Below, in pieces: positions 1 through 15,432 of a stretch of 64,000 nt of DNA. Origin of the DNA: Eledone cirrhosa. Lineage: Eukaryota. Both the position numbers and the translations under genes were made by a program. Numbering within the stretch: the first letter of the stretch is position 1; each line of letters starts with the position of its first letter. The notes beneath the pieces are model-generated. The model did no database searches and had not been told where the DNA came from. It saw only the letters and a list, made by a program, of their open reading frames with translations. Location of the stretch: contig OZ024749.1 of the NCBI GenBank assembly GCA_964016885.1, forward strand, positions 45,632,001 to 45,696,000. The letters are read 5' to 3'.

Positions 1-378
1 CAAGTTGTTGTACTGACGTATGATGAGCGTAAATATTCTTTTAATAAAGCTTTATGATTATATATAAAAATATTAAAAATGTAAGTACTTTAATACAGAT
101 GCCTTTGTACGAATAATCTATGAAATGGATTAAAGCTAAACCATATATAGACATCGCAGATACAAGCCACATCAAAGAACAAGATAAAATATATTTCGAA
201 ATTAGACAGTCGTTCATAGCTGTATCTATACAGGCACACTTTTCTCTCATACACAATCATTCACTTAAGCACATGCACACTCAATTGCGCGCGCATGTAC
301 ACACATAAATATATACCTGTGCATTCAAATATAAACATAAATATATATAAATAAGTATGTGTGTGAATGTGTGTGAAT

Positions 379-670
<292 letters not shown>

Positions 671-919
671 ATAGCATGCAAATACACACAGATGCACATG
701 TGTATACATATGTATTCTTTTACATGTGTGAGTGTAATGTGTGTGTATGTGAGTGGTTTTGTGTACGTTGGTAAATGTGATAGATAATGAACAATACAAG
801 GTTGGAAATAAAATCTAATTCGTGTAACAAAAAATAACAATTGTATCTGATTCATTTAAAGGGACAAACGGAGTAAAAAATAAGAACTAACACCGCCATC
901 ACATCCACCGTCACTATGA

Positions 920-920
<1 letters not shown>

Positions 921-1004
<84 letters not shown>

Positions 1005-1025
1005 ATAATAATAATAATAATAATA
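921..1025. repeat. (ACT)n then (AAT)n trinucleotide microsatellite
   Basis: Directly visible tandem trimer repeats. Confidence 0.98.
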
Positions 1026-1457
1026 TTGAATTTAATAATGATAATTGTAATAATGTAAATAATAAGAATTTCCGATTTAATATAAGCAATAATATTAATA
1101 ATGTTTTTACTGAGATCAATTTTCGATGAAATAGAACATCGTTTATTATAGGTTTATTTAAAGCCAGACTTGTGGTGAAAGTACATTTACATGCGTTCAA
1201 TAATCGATCGTCACAATTTTCTCTACATTTTCTGAAATGTTATACATATGTATGCGAAATTGTGTGAAAAGATGCGTGGAACTGTGGGTACGTTTGTGGT
1301 CTGATGATCACCAAGTCCTGGGACATTTTCTCCTCGTGACAACATGATGTGTTCCTAAGAAAAACTCTGTAATTGATGCTGATCCTACTATTAGGATTTT
1401 AAAACAGGCATATATCAACATCCTACAGAGAACTGGAATCACTATTATATAGGCCAG

Positions 1458-1640
1458 GGCAGTGAATTGGCAGTATCCGTAGTGGGTCGGACGCCAGGCC
1501 TTCCAGCATAGTTACTACGATCTGAGTTCAAATTCCGTGGAGGTTAACTTTGCCTTTCATCCTAAAGGGGTCGATAAAATAAAGTACCAGTAATGGAAAG
1601 AGTATTTGCTGGCCTTGTGTCAAAAGTAAAAACAATTATA
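1458..1640 (+). mobile_element. tRNA-derived SINE, family A, full length
   Basis: A-box-like TGGCAGTATCCGT, B-box GAGTTCAAATTCC, central GCCTTTCATCCT..GGGGTCGATAAAATAAAGTACCAG and tail AAACAATTAT. TSD ATTATA(T/C)AGGCCAG at 1444-1457 and 1635-1648. Confidence 0.93.
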
Positions 1641-1680
1641 CAGGCCAGACTGAACGATTTTCACACACACACATCTATGA

Positions 1681-1885
1681 AGGCTTGTAGCTGATTGGTT
1701 ACAAAACGGGATTCGCAATCATGAGATTATCAGTTCGATTCCTGGACCAGGCGATGCGTTATATCCTTCCGCAAGCAACTTTCATTTCACGTTGCTCCTT
1801 CTACTTGGAGTTGCGACCAATAGATAGTATTAGCAATTGGAAAGACCAACGGAAACATAGTCACCACGGTTTGATTTGACGATAG
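1681..1885 (+). mobile_element. tRNA-derived SINE, family B (CORE-like), diverged
   Basis: A box TAGCTGATTGGTT, B box AGTTCGATTCC, then TCCTT..GCAAG..ACTT..TTTCACGTTGCTC. The 3' part matches the reverse complement of 17270-17470 and 51400-51498. Confidence 0.75.
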
Positions 1886-2482
1886 TCGATCAAATCTTCT
1901 ATATATATGTGTGAGGTATTTTCGCCTTCCTCTTATCGCTTGAGTTGTTACAAAGTTAGAAATCATTTTTCAAATTTACAATGAGGAATCTATCGTTTGT
2001 CTTGTCCTCAGGTTTTACATACTCCCATGGATTCTGCAGTGATGGAGGTTATTCCAGTTTCAGAGTCGCTAAATGTTTGAAGAAATACCCTTCACCAGTC
2101 GTTCCCAGTGGTTTCCCCTGCCTATCACTGGTAATAGTTTTAAGCGACGTTACTTGCAGCAGTGTGAAAGTAAATGCTTTGCTCAATAATCCACTGTATC
2201 ACCCTCATTCTGAACCATTACTATGGCCATAGAATCGTAAATATTACACATTTATATCATAATTGCTATTAATTTCAAAGTTTCTATAAGGTTTTTATAA
2301 TATTTTAGTTCGTATTAAATTAATCATAATTTTTTATTTCATCATGATTATAGGAAATATTTCAATATTCCCCTTAATACATGTTATCACACGTTTCACG
2401 TTCAGCGTAATACTTGCAAAACGGAGCATGAAAATAACAAAATCAAACATTTATAATTAACAAGAAAAAAGGGGAAAATATA

Positions 2483-2577
<95 letters not shown>

Positions 2578-2587
2578 CGTGTGTTTG

Positions 2588-2652
<65 letters not shown>

Positions 2653-3224
2653 CTTTATATATATATATATATATATATATATTCATATATACATATATAA
2701 ATATAAATATATATACATATACACGCATATATATATATACATACATACATGAAAACACACACACACACATACATACACACGCTCACATATATATCTATAT
2801 ACATATGTGTGTGTGTGTGTGTGTATATATGTGTGTGTATACCTAACTTTTTTTTAAATACTTATATTTATTAATTTTTTTCTACTTTTACTTTCTATTT
2901 AAATTTTGTTGTTATGTACTTGATTTTCATTTGTGAGATCAAAAGGCAAGTGAACCAAGCGTCAAATGTGTAGAAACTTTCAAATTTGCCAAACAATCCT
3001 GGTCTCTTTGAAAGGGGTACTAAATAGCATGACCACAATGCCTTGTTAATTAACAAACCAACCGGTCTCAGATATTGTCAGTGTATTGAAGTCATGACAA
3101 AAGGATCTAATTCCGTTTTTTAATTTTATTTATTCATGATCAATTGACTTTTTGTTTTTATTTTTGGAATTGAATTACCTATACGCTACCACTTTTTTTG
3201 CATCCATATGGATGTATGTTCTTG

Positions 3225-3346
<122 letters not shown>

Positions 3347-3395
3347 CATATATATATATATATATGTGTATGTATATATATATACATATATGTAT

Positions 3396-3470
<75 letters not shown>

Positions 3471-3671
3471 AATATGAATATTTATATATACATATATATA
3501 TATACATATATATATATTATATTTATATATATATATATAAATATATATATATGTATATATGTATATATATATATACATATATATATACATATATATACAC
3601 ACACATATATATATACATATATATATACATATTAATATATATGTACATACATATATATATATTTATATATA

Positions 3672-3702
<31 letters not shown>

Positions 3703-3758
3703 ATGTATATATATGTACACAATATACATATGTATATATATACTCAATATACATATGT

Positions 3759-3872
<114 letters not shown>

Positions 3873-4023
3873 GTATGCATGTATATAAATATGTGTGAGT
3901 GTGTATGGCACAGTTGTGTAGGGGTGATATTTATCTACTTATTAACATAGGTATGCACAGTCATATATAGATGTTTAATTATCCATACACATAATCACAC
4001 ATACATACATACATATACATATA

Positions 4024-4118
<95 letters not shown>

Positions 4119-4504
4119 TTAGGTATATATATGTATATATATATATAAATATATCTGTGTGTCTGACTATGTTTGTGTGTGAATGTGAATTTTGTCATTG
4201 TGTAAGAGAGTAAGATATGTCATTTCCCTGTATAGATTATTTTTTCTTTCCTTTTTTAGCATTTTCAATTAAGTTTTTTTTCTTTTTTACTTAATGAAAC
4301 ACAAAACATTAATTTAATTCACTCAAGAATATTATCTTAAGTAAAAAGTAAAAAGTAAATTTGAGGCAGCCATTTTTTCTCATACAACCTCCACTTGTCT
4401 TAAATTAAACAACAATAACGTTTTCTATTTAAATGCTTCCTCCTCGCTAATGAGCCTGATGTCAAAAGCAAATAAGTAAAATACATACAATTTCATATAC
4501 ATAC

Positions 4505-4724
<220 letters not shown>

Positions 4725-5578
4725 ATATATACGTACAATCATACATATGTGTGTGTGTATGTATACATACATGTGTGTGTATGTGTACATTTTAGTATGA
4801 TTTCGTGTTACGTACTAAAACAATTTAATATAATGATTGATGCAATATGTGCTTGGTTTCAAAAAAAGAAAAAGAAACAAGTCAGAATATAGCTAGAGAA
4901 TATAATAATTTGACATGAAGAACAATTTCTGAACATATTGCTTATATTTAACATACTATTGGCATTTACATTTGAGTAAGCACCTTTTTTCTGACTTTGT
5001 TCTAGTTAGTCGAATTTTTCACTATCATCTTTTTCTATCGCTCTAACATTAATTTTAACGTGATATATTTAGAAATCTAAACTTTACTTATACGTAATTG
5101 CTTCATATAGAATGTTCGCCTTATTAAATATAGATTCTTCTGTTTGTCACACACTTTTATTGTATAATTGCATGTAATTGCATATATATGTTTAGCCATT
5201 TTCTTTAGCCAGCTTGTTAAGTAAATATGATTTGCAATGGATATATGACAAGAGGGCTTTCAAATATATATAGATAAGATTCCTTTCTAGATATTTTAAA
5301 GGAATTTCATTCGGATCAGAGAGTAGACCGTATCTGCTGGTCTTGTAAATCAGGATTTCATGCTTGTATATATAATTGTAACAGACCGACAATTATATTT
5401 AATTGAAATACTAAGCATATATTACAATAGCATAATATATGATATTCATGGCACTGATTGTGGAGTGTATCAGTGTGAGTAACTGCATATATGTCTGTGC
5501 ATCTTACATACTAATGAGTTCACGTGAATTTACTTGAGCTTAGTCTACAGAGAGATCGATTAATATTTTTCTAACATT

Positions 5579-5670
5579 GCATAATACCAGCAATTCTGGC
5601 GGAAGGAGAAAGTATATTTGCCCCAATAATCATATAGTACTTTTGTTAAATCGACACTGGAGATGAACAT
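5579..5670 (-). mobile_element. old, diverged relative of SINE family A (3' part)
   Basis: Loose match by eye to the reverse complement of the family A 3' half (CCAGCAATT...GTACTT...ATCGAC...GATGAA). Confidence 0.4.
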
Positions 5671-6188
5671 TCAATATTTACTCCAATGCCTGGAAAGTAC
5701 AGATAGTATTAATAACTGGGAATATTTAGACACTCAATAAACGGTTAAAATAGGAAATATATTCCGTGATTGTAATGCAGGATAATCAGAAATTCTTTCT
5801 GGTGGACATCAACATCATACTCGGACATTCACTCCATGAATGGGCGAAACATACCGAGATTGTTCCCGAAATGGAGCAATTACAACGCAACAAATTGTAC
5901 ATTCATCCAAAGGTTTGTAACACTTTTGGATGAGTCCCCCAAGTTTTGCTAGCTGGAAATTTAGGTTCAAGCAGCAATAATTCTTCGTAATAAACGTTTG
6001 TAGTAACGCAAGGATTAGGACATATTGTGAAGTTAAACATAGTAAATTAGACTGATTAGTGTCCAGAATTTCGCATGACATATTTTATTAATTTTTGATT
6101 TTCTTTGTAATGTGGGATGTGACAGAAGTTTAAATGTTATATGGCCTGTCAACACTACACACTTTCACAAACGTATGTAAATATACAT

Positions 6189-6282
<94 letters not shown>

Positions 6283-6413
6283 TATATATATATAGATGTA
6301 TATATATATGTATATAGATATGTATATATATATATAACGAAGGAAATGTGGTAAGGAACCAGGTGGACCATAACACACCAAAGTACTCAATACTTAGGCT
6401 AGTAGAGTGGGTA

Positions 6414-6551
6414 ATAGAAACGAGTAGGACCTCGACGGCTGAGCTCAAGCCGTTTCGACGGCTAATTCTGGACTAAAATTTTAGTCCAAAATTTTAGTCC
6501 AGAATTAGCCGTCGAAACAGCTTGAGCTCAGCCGTCGGGGTCCTACTCGTT

Positions 6552-6556
<5 letters not shown>
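6414..6556. repeat. fold-back palindrome (arms ~69 bp) made of two hammerhead 3' halves
   Basis: 6414-6482 is the near-perfect reverse complement of 6488-6556. Each arm reads outward GTC-GAAA-CRGCTTGAGCTCAGCCG-TC-GRGGTCC. A single-arm homologue lies at 62927-62988. Confidence 0.95.
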
Positions 6557-6650
<94 letters not shown>

Positions 6651-6695
6651 GTATATATATATATATCTGTATATATATATGTATATACATACTTG

Positions 6696-6730
<35 letters not shown>

Positions 6731-7206
6731 TTATATGAACGTATGCGAGCGTCAGTGTGTGTATGTGTGTTTGTGAGAAGAGCATTGTAAGATCACATTG
6801 ATTATAGTGTATTTGTACTATGAAATCAAATGTTCAGAACGGAAGTATTTTTGAAAAGATAACCCAGCTTTTGTTATGCATTATTGCCTTGATGAAATAT
6901 GTATAGTCGTCACAATGAAAGATCATTAGAGATTACAAAGTTTAGTGTTTATGGAGCTGTTCTGTCGAGTAGTTCACGACCATTAGTTGTGTATCAAATA
7001 CATATATTTCTGACGGAAATACGATTTAGAAAACGTTGTTGATTAGAAGCAGCTATATAAGATATATATTTGTAAATGTATATGTTTCCGGGTTAGTGTG
7101 TATGTGGTTTTGTTGATATGGATGTATGTATGTATGTATACATGTATATAGATATATATGTGTGTGTGCCTGTAAGTTAATGTGTATGTGTAGCCGTATG
7201 TATCTG

Positions 7207-7238
<32 letters not shown>

Positions 7239-7256
7239 TACACGCACACATACACA

Positions 7257-7320
<64 letters not shown>

Positions 7321-7520
7321 NNNNNNNNNNNNNNNNNNNNNNNNNNNNNNNNNNNNNNNNNNNNNNNNNNNNNNNNNNNNNNNNNNNNNNNNNNNNNNNN
7401 NNNNNNNNNNNNNNNNNNNNNNNNNNNNNNNNNNNNNNNNNNNNNNNNNNNNNNNNNNNNNNNNNNNNNNNNNNNNNNNNNNNNNNNNNNNNNNNNNNNN
7501 NNNNNNNNNNNNNNNNNNNN
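7321..7520. other. assembly gap (200 N)
   Basis: Run of N flanked by (CA)n and (TA)n. Confidence 1.
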
Positions 7521-7537
7521 TATATATATATAAATAT

Positions 7538-7643
<106 letters not shown>

Positions 7644-7761
7644 GAGTCTACGTTTATGTGTACAAACTAGCGCTTCACCGAAATGGATCGATAGCATAAG
7701 TATTGAAGTATTGGGGTTGAGATGGTTGGATACAGAAAGATGATTCACAAGCATGGCCGGA

Positions 7762-7815
<54 letters not shown>

Positions 7816-7847
<32 letters not shown>

Positions 7848-7906
7848 GGAGAGGGGGAGAGAGAGAGAGAGAGAGATACCGAGAGAGAGAGAGAGAGAGA
7901 GAGACC

Positions 7907-7942
<36 letters not shown>

Positions 7943-7945
7943 GAG

Positions 7946-8020
<75 letters not shown>
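7816..8020. repeat. (GA)n microsatellite
   Basis: Directly visible. Confidence 0.98.
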
Positions 8021-8022
<2 letters not shown>

Positions 8023-8529
8023 AAGAGATAGATAGATAGTTACATATATACATAGAGAGAGCGCAGGAGAGGGTGTTCCTTATTATTTGCCTATTCCAGT
8101 TGTTACACGCCTCACTTCCATTCATTTACTCTCTGTCGTTCATTGGAAGGAATCTACTGTATTCAGGCCTGAAAAAAACTGCACCAGGTTTAAGAAAACC
8201 TTGGAAACGCCGTATATTAATTTAACGATATATCTGTTCCCCAACATTTATGGAATAACGAGAAATAGAAAATATAAACGTGTGTTTATTTGCTGAGGTT
8301 TAAAAACTCATAGTATTCAATTAAACGTCACTACGAAATGTATATTAACGAAAATAATTACCTATGTTAATCTACTTCATTATTCTGCCGAAATTTGTAG
8401 CTACGGCCTTCTCAGATACTGTTTTGTATTTTTACATGATGTTATACTCACAGATAATATACTCATTCTGTTCCGGAATTCATTCCTGGATGTTCCGTAT
8501 ATTTTCTAAACAGTCTGTTTGTCTACATC

Positions 8530-8718
8530 AATAATTGTTTCTACTTTTGGCACAAGGCCAGCAATTATCCACTATATTACTGGTACTTTATGTTATCGAC
8601 ACCGTAAGGATGAAAGGCAAAGTTAACCTCGGTGGGCTTCGAACTCAGAATGGCAAGGGCAGTAACCCTATGCGTCAAAGCATGGCGTGCGACCCTCTAC
8701 CGATAATACCAATCCACT
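8530..8718 (-). mobile_element. SINE family A, full length
   Basis: Reverse complement of the family consensus. Short TSD TCAATAAT at 8528-8535 and 8719-8726. Confidence 0.93.
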
Positions 8719-9497
8719 TCAATAATGTTTTCTCTACATTGCTATAAAAATTTCAACGCTCAGTATTAAAAATAATTTATGATGGGTAACACAATAAAAT
8801 GTGAAATAATACCATTTAGATTTCCATTCTGGTATATTCCACGTCACAATTCATATTATATTCCTAATTATAAGTATTCAACTCGTGTATATAAATAACA
8901 TGAACCTGATTCGTGAAAATAAAAGTAAAACTTAGTAGGTTTATTGTCGTTCGCTTATTACATGCCCCTAGGTAAGAGAGAAAATTTACATTTCTATGTT
9001 GTCATCAATAGAAATTTCAGCTACAGTAAATATATTTCAACAGAGAGCAGCACTAAAAGCATCCACACACTATGCAAATCTGTATAATATTGTTCTATTT
9101 TATTTCTATTCTATGCTATTATACATCTTTTATAAATAAATGTTACTGTGTTTGGATTAGAGCAAGCATAAAAAGAAAATGTATTATTTTTTTCTACGAT
9201 CCTATTCTCTAACAGGAATGCTTCCATTAATAGCTGTTCTATCATTTAGTAAATGAAATAACATACACAATCTGTAGCATAAGTGTTGCCAAATGTAGTA
9301 CAGTGTAAAACTAAATATGTTACTGTATTTTGATATGTTTCTTTACTATCTGAGATCAAATTCAGAGATGTTGCTACTAAGGTATTGGAAGTGGTTTACA
9401 CATTCAATGTTAAGCTGACCAGCCATGATGGGAGGATTTGGAGGGTCACCTGTCGACAGGGTCATGGTTTATTCACAACTGATGCTCAGGCCAACTT

Positions 9498-9550
<53 letters not shown>

Positions 9551-9555
9551 GATAT

Positions 9556-9984
9556 TACGATATATTAACAAATGGAAACAATATTTATAAAACCATATTT
9601 ATTTCATTATACATATTTCAAGGACACCAAGTTAAATTATGATGTGCTTTCATCAGATAAAATATAATATAGAGCAGTTTTATAAATAAATATTGACATA
9701 CCCTTAAAGAATGCGACCATTTCTGTTAGAAGCTTATTTAAATCTACTCTGATTTAAAAAATATCCGAAACTAATTTACATAATAGTATAAATTTATAAC
9801 CCCAATATCCGGGAGCTTCCAACAGAAATGGTTGCAATCTTTAAAGGTATGTCAATATTTATTTATAAAACTACTCTATATTATATTTTATCTTATGAAA
9901 GCCCACCATTATTTAACTTGGTGTCCTTGTTAATGAAATAAATATGGTTTTATAAATATAGTTTCCATTTGTTAATATATCGTA
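9556..9984. mobile_element. long inverted repeat (arms ~175 bp) of a hammerhead-bearing, PLE pLTR-like element
   Basis: 9556-9734 is the reverse complement of 9814-9984. Homologous to 62180-62320. The downstream motif AACAGATTAAAGTTTACGCAAAGAATCGCTGC (~10317-10358) is shared with the reverse complement of 62106-62148. Confidence 0.8.
9600..9664 (-). ncRNA. minimal type I hammerhead ribozyme
   Basis: Minus strand reads TATTTTAT CTGATGA AAGCACATC-ataatttaactt-GGTGTCCTT GAAA TATGTA TA^ATGAAATA. Core intact, 8-bp stem I, stem II 8/9 paired, quasi-palindromic stem III, AUA cleavage triplet. Confidence 0.8.
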
Positions 9985-10096
9985 TTTTTACTCCAATAAT
10001 TTGTTGAGTGCTTTATATCAGTTATACAAATATTTGCTTGTTGTATCCCAACAATTTAAATAGAACTTCTACATATATATAAAAATATATATAAAC

Positions 10097-10140
<44 letters not shown>

Positions 10141-10144
10141 GAAC

Positions 10145-10232
<88 letters not shown>

Positions 10233-10454
10233 ATAATAATACATTTGAAGACTAAAATCCAAAGAGGGCTCGATAAGGATAAATATATATATAATATATA
10301 AGAACAGTAGAGATTAAACAGATTAAAGTTTACGCAAAGAATCGCTGCTTTCACCCTTAACGGGAACTTCTGAAACTATAAAAATCAATCTGTGAACGCA
10401 GAAGTAAATATTTCGAAAACGTTGCAACCGAAGGAAGACAGGAAGACGATACTT

Positions 10455-10796
10455 TGGTTCGTGGAAACGTTCCCTGGCAAAGAATGGAAAAAAATGAAGA
10501 TAATACGTCATTATTTGGAGCAGTTGACTTTGCCTTTCATCCTAACGGGGTCGATAAAATAAAGTACCAGTAATGCACTGAGTAATTGCTGGCCTTGTGC
10601 CTAAAGTAGAAACAATTATTTGGAGCAGTGAAAACAATTACACAGAAAGACAAAAAAAAACGTTTATGGTATGAATGAAGTCGTAGACTAATATTCTATT
10701 AGGTGGTTCGTGGAGACGTTCCCTGGCAATGAACGAAAAAAACGGAGATAATACGTGATTATGGCATAACTGAAGTCGTAGACTAAAATTCTATTT
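10455..10796 (+). repeat. local direct duplication (~95-bp unit), first copy interrupted by a SINE
   Basis: TGGTTCGTGGARACGTTCCCTGGCAA...GATAATACGT at ~10456 and ~10704; TGAAGTCGTAGACTAAWATTCTATT at ~10676 and ~10771. Confidence 0.75.
10523..10620 (+). mobile_element. SINE family A, 5'-truncated
   Basis: 3' half of the consensus with a perfect 15-bp TSD ATTATTTGGAGCAGT at 10510-10524 and 10615-10629. Confidence 0.95.
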
Positions 10797-11719
10797 AGGA
10801 AACCGAATGATTTTCTGCTTCAGAATTGATTAAGAATAATGTAAATAAATTACAGTGGTTTTATATATATATATATATATATGATTAATTTAAATATTTT
10901 GTTGCGTAGCTACAAGAATGTAATAGCGTTGGTGATGCCATATATTATGTTGTCGATTGGTGTTTTGATGTAGTTAATGCCCCTCTTTTTTCCTTATGGA
11001 AGGAGTAGAAGCTTACACACATTTCCAGTTCGCATAATCTTTATTGAGTATATATATATACACACACAGATATATATACTGAAACACACACACACACATA
11101 AATATATATACATATACAGGTATGTGTATGTAGATATTTATATATATGTATATCTATATTCACTGTTAATATATACCAAGAAACAAAAACACCCCAAAAC
11201 AAGAAATATTATGAAATATGACGAAACTGACACTAACACCTCAAATTAATAAATGTAAACATTAATAAAATGAAAATTACAAGTGATTAAGCAAGCAACG
11301 AAGAATGACACAACGACAGCGACGCAAGTAAATGAGAACAACGACAGTAACAACAACAACATCAGCAACAACAACAACATTAGCGCCGAAACGTCACCAA
11401 TGACAACGACATCTACACATAAAGAAGATAACAGTAGAGAAAAAGAAAACATATGTAGTAATAAATTTAATATTTCTAACGAAGATTTCTATGAATAAAC
11501 GGCGCACATAAATGAAAGCAATAATATCTTATTCCTTTCATCCGCGTAAATTAAACTGCTCGCATTTCTGAAAGCAAATATTTATTACTTGTTTTCATTT
11601 GTCTCCTTAATTAGACCCAAATATTTTCTATATATATATATATACATGTGTGTGTGTATTTAAGTGTACATACGTAAATGTATGCGATATATACGCATGA
11701 ATAAATATATTTATGTTTG

Positions 11720-11776
<57 letters not shown>

Positions 11777-11795
11777 TATATATATACACACATAT

Positions 11796-11846
<51 letters not shown>

Positions 11847-12139
11847 TATATGTATTTAAATGCATAATACACACATCCACGAAAATATATCTGAATATAT
11901 ATAGATATACGTATGTGTGTCTGTGTGTTTGTGTGTGCGTGTGGGATTGTGTATGTGAGTATGTGAATGTGTATGAGTGAGTTTCTGTGTGTGTGATTGA
12001 AATTTATTTGCGTATCTGTGAGATGTATGTATATGTTTTTATTTTCCTTTTCTTTAAAGTATTATAATTCATTTCAAAATAAATTTGTGTCCCGTCTCTT
12101 TATAACGTAACATATTTCAGTTTTCTCGCTTGGTATATG

Positions 12140-12176
<37 letters not shown>

Positions 12177-12401
12177 ATGTGTGTGTGTGTATGTGTATGT
12201 GTGTGTGTGTGTGTATGTGTGTGAGTGTGTGTATGTTACCTCTTTATTCTATTTAAATCTTAACATAACAAAACATATTTTCGGTTTCATTTCAAGTCTT
12301 TCAATTACACGTGAATATATTTCGGTTCATCTTCGTGTAAATTTCGTCGACAGTTCTGTGTAATTGTTACCATCTTCTGTATCATCTTCCTTATTAACAG
12401 T

Positions 12402-12580
12402 GGCGGTGGATTTGTAGTCCCGGTATAGTGGCGAACGCCATGCTTTGCAGCATCGAGTAACGTCCCTTTACGGTATGTGTTCAAATCGCGCCTTGGTTAA
12501 CTTACGTTGTCGATAAAATAATGTACCAATAATGCCCTGGGTTAATTCTTGACCATGTGCCAAAATTAGAAACAATTATT
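12402..12580 (+). mobile_element. SINE family A, diverged, with internal deletion
   Basis: Head GGCGGTGGATT, GTTCAAATC B box and tail TAGAAACAATTATT. TSD TTATTAACA at 12391-12399 and 12576-12584. Confidence 0.88.
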
Positions 12581-12759
12581 AACAAGAGCATCATCATCAT
12601 AAACATCTTCATCTACAGCTACATCCTACCATTGTCAACTATATCAGTAGAATCATTGCCAGCATGACCATTTACTTCTTTCTGCCCCTCTTCGTTCTCA
12701 TGGACATCAATGTGATCTTCAAGGAAACCTTCATAGCAATACCAATCTTAATGTTCATG

Positions 12760-12830
12760 TCATCATTATCATCATCATCATCATCATCATCACTATCATC
12801 ATCATCATCATCATCATCACCACCAGCACT

Positions 12831-12875
<45 letters not shown>

Positions 12876-13271
12876 TTCATCATAATATTCATATATATTT
12901 CCGTGTCATTGACCATTCTCAATGATAACGATACCTAAATCGGATACATCATCATCATTATCACCACCGCCACCATCACCACCACCATCACCACTATCAT
13001 CATCCTCATCGCCACGATCATCATCATTATCATCATCTTCATCTGCACAATTATCACTCTCATCATTGTCATCACCATCATTATCAACAACAATACTGCT
13101 TCTTCCAATATTACGATAGGTAGCGCTTCTTCTTCTTCTTCTTCTTCTTCTTCTTCTTCTTCTTCTTCTTCTTCTTCTTCTTCTTCTTCTTCTTCTTCTT
13201 CTTCTTCTTCTTCTTCTTCTTCTTCTTCTTCTTCTTCTTCTTCTTCTTCTTCGTCTTCTTCTTCTTCTTCC
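12760..13271. repeat. (TCA)n, degenerate (CCA/TCA)n and (TTC)n trinucleotide arrays
   Basis: Directly visible. Source of the poly-S, poly-E and poly-R ORFs. Confidence 0.97.
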
Positions 13272-13876
13272 ATTACCTTGATTCATTACAATTTGCCATT
13301 ACATTTATTATCACCCCCCACAAACACATACAAACACAATCAGACACACAAACATACACACTCGTACCAATCAAACAACCACAGACACGCACACACACTC
13401 AAACTTGCATACACCCAACCATATACACACACAGTCACCTCACACATTTAGAATAATACAACGTCGCACATATACATATACACAATCTTATCCGAACTCA
13501 TATTTTACGAGCATACAGATCTGGAAATGCACACAATTACACACATACACGTACTATTCATACATACTCTTACATTGCATACACGCACTAACAAGCATAT
13601 ATCCCAGCACACACACAGTCTCAGCTCCGCATATAAGCCCACGCACATACACAGATACACAAAATACCACTCATACACACACATACTAACAGTGACACAT
13701 ACTAACATATACACACGTACACAGCAATAAACCGAACACATTATTATGAAAATTCATCAACGTTAGTTTATATCACTTTTTTTTTGTGTAGTTTATATAA
13801 ATTTTGTATGTTTGTTATATGAACTTTTACGTTACACTTTTTTTCTTATTTGTTATTTATGTTATTTGATATTCCT

Positions 13877-13998
13877 TATTATTATTGTTATTATTACTAT
13901 AATTATTATCATTATTAATATCATCATCATTATTATTATTATTATTATTATTGTTGTTGTTGTTGTTATTATTATTGTTGTTGTTGTTGTTGTTATTG

Positions 13999-14045
<47 letters not shown>

Positions 14046-14055
14046 TTATTATTAC
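13877..14055. repeat. (TTA/TTG)n microsatellite
   Basis: Directly visible. Confidence 0.97.
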
Positions 14056-14530
14056 TGACATTTTCGTCCATTTATATTTACCTTTATTTTTGTGAGTTGT
14101 TTGTCATTTTATTTTTATTTTTTTATTTTTATTATTTTCCTTTTACTCGTTGTTGTTGCTGTTAATGTTTGTTGTTGTTTGTGTTTTCATTTTTGTTAGT
14201 GTGGTTGTTTAAGTTGTTGTTGTTGTTTTTCATTACGATGTGCCTCCTTTGTATTATACAATTTCATCTCTAACGAAATTTCCACTAGAATGATCCCTTG
14301 GTATTAGTTATTGCTTTTCATTATAATTCAGTGGTATTAACAGTTGAAAGATTCATAATTGCAAATGGTCTCTTCCTCCAGCGACTGACTATAAAGATAT
14401 ATGACTGAGAGAGTGAGGGAACAAAGAGGAAGAGATAGGGAATGAATTTCAGAGGTAGTGAAGCACCATAGTGAGTGATAGATATATAGTGATACCTAAA
14501 TATATACATACGTATATATATATATATATA

Positions 14531-14582
<52 letters not shown>

Positions 14583-14672
14583 CATATATATGTGTGTGTG
14601 TGTAAATATATATATATATACATACACACACACACACACACAAACATATTTATATATATTTATATATATATA

Positions 14673-14746
<74 letters not shown>

Positions 14747-15393
14747 ACGGTGAAATAAAATATGTTGGTGTTGAAAAACATGATGGGTTTAGGCAGATGA
14801 GGGGATGGCAGAGGAAACACGTAGCTTACGAGCAGAAACATCAACACCAAACACATCCCGGCCCCCTCCAATTCAACATCATGTCTCATCATAATATTCA
14901 TTATCAAAATCATCACCATTTATGCTATCGTTACCTTAAGAAATGTATACTAGTACTAATACTGCTATTGCAGCAACTGCTGTTGCTGCTGCTGCTATTG
15001 CTGCTACTACTGCTGCAGCTACCGTCTGCCGTAGATTGATTTTGTCCATATGGTGTGGTTTACTGGTTGTTAGAGTCTAAGTGATTATGTCAGCTTGAAA
15101 ATTCCCTCTCTTCCGTATTATATAAAAGTAAATAAAACAAACTAAAAAAAAAAATCCAAAATGAAAATAAACAAGAAAAAGAATAACAATAAATAGCAAG
15201 TATACAAATAAATAAATATATAAAATATTTAAAATAAAAAAAAAACAGAATAAAAACTAAATACAAACAAAATAAATAGCAATAAGAAAATCGCTAATAG
15301 AAAATATCACCACCACCATCAACAACCAGAAATAACTACCGCAATAACAATAAATATATTTCCCAATAATAATAATAATAATAATAGTAATAA

Positions 15394-15432
<39 letters not shown>

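Noticed and set aside
1981-2232. GC-richer island with a possible plus-strand exon (cag|GT at ~2011) or a minus-strand frame
   Set aside because: No recognisable motif, a weak donor, and no way to choose strand or frame.
5815-6081. 88-aa ORF and alternative frames
   Set aside because: No clear splice signals or motif; compatible with chance.
7009-7040. CTGACGG...GAAAACGTT hammerhead-like string
   Set aside because: A9 is mutated and there is no stem I. At most a decayed relic.
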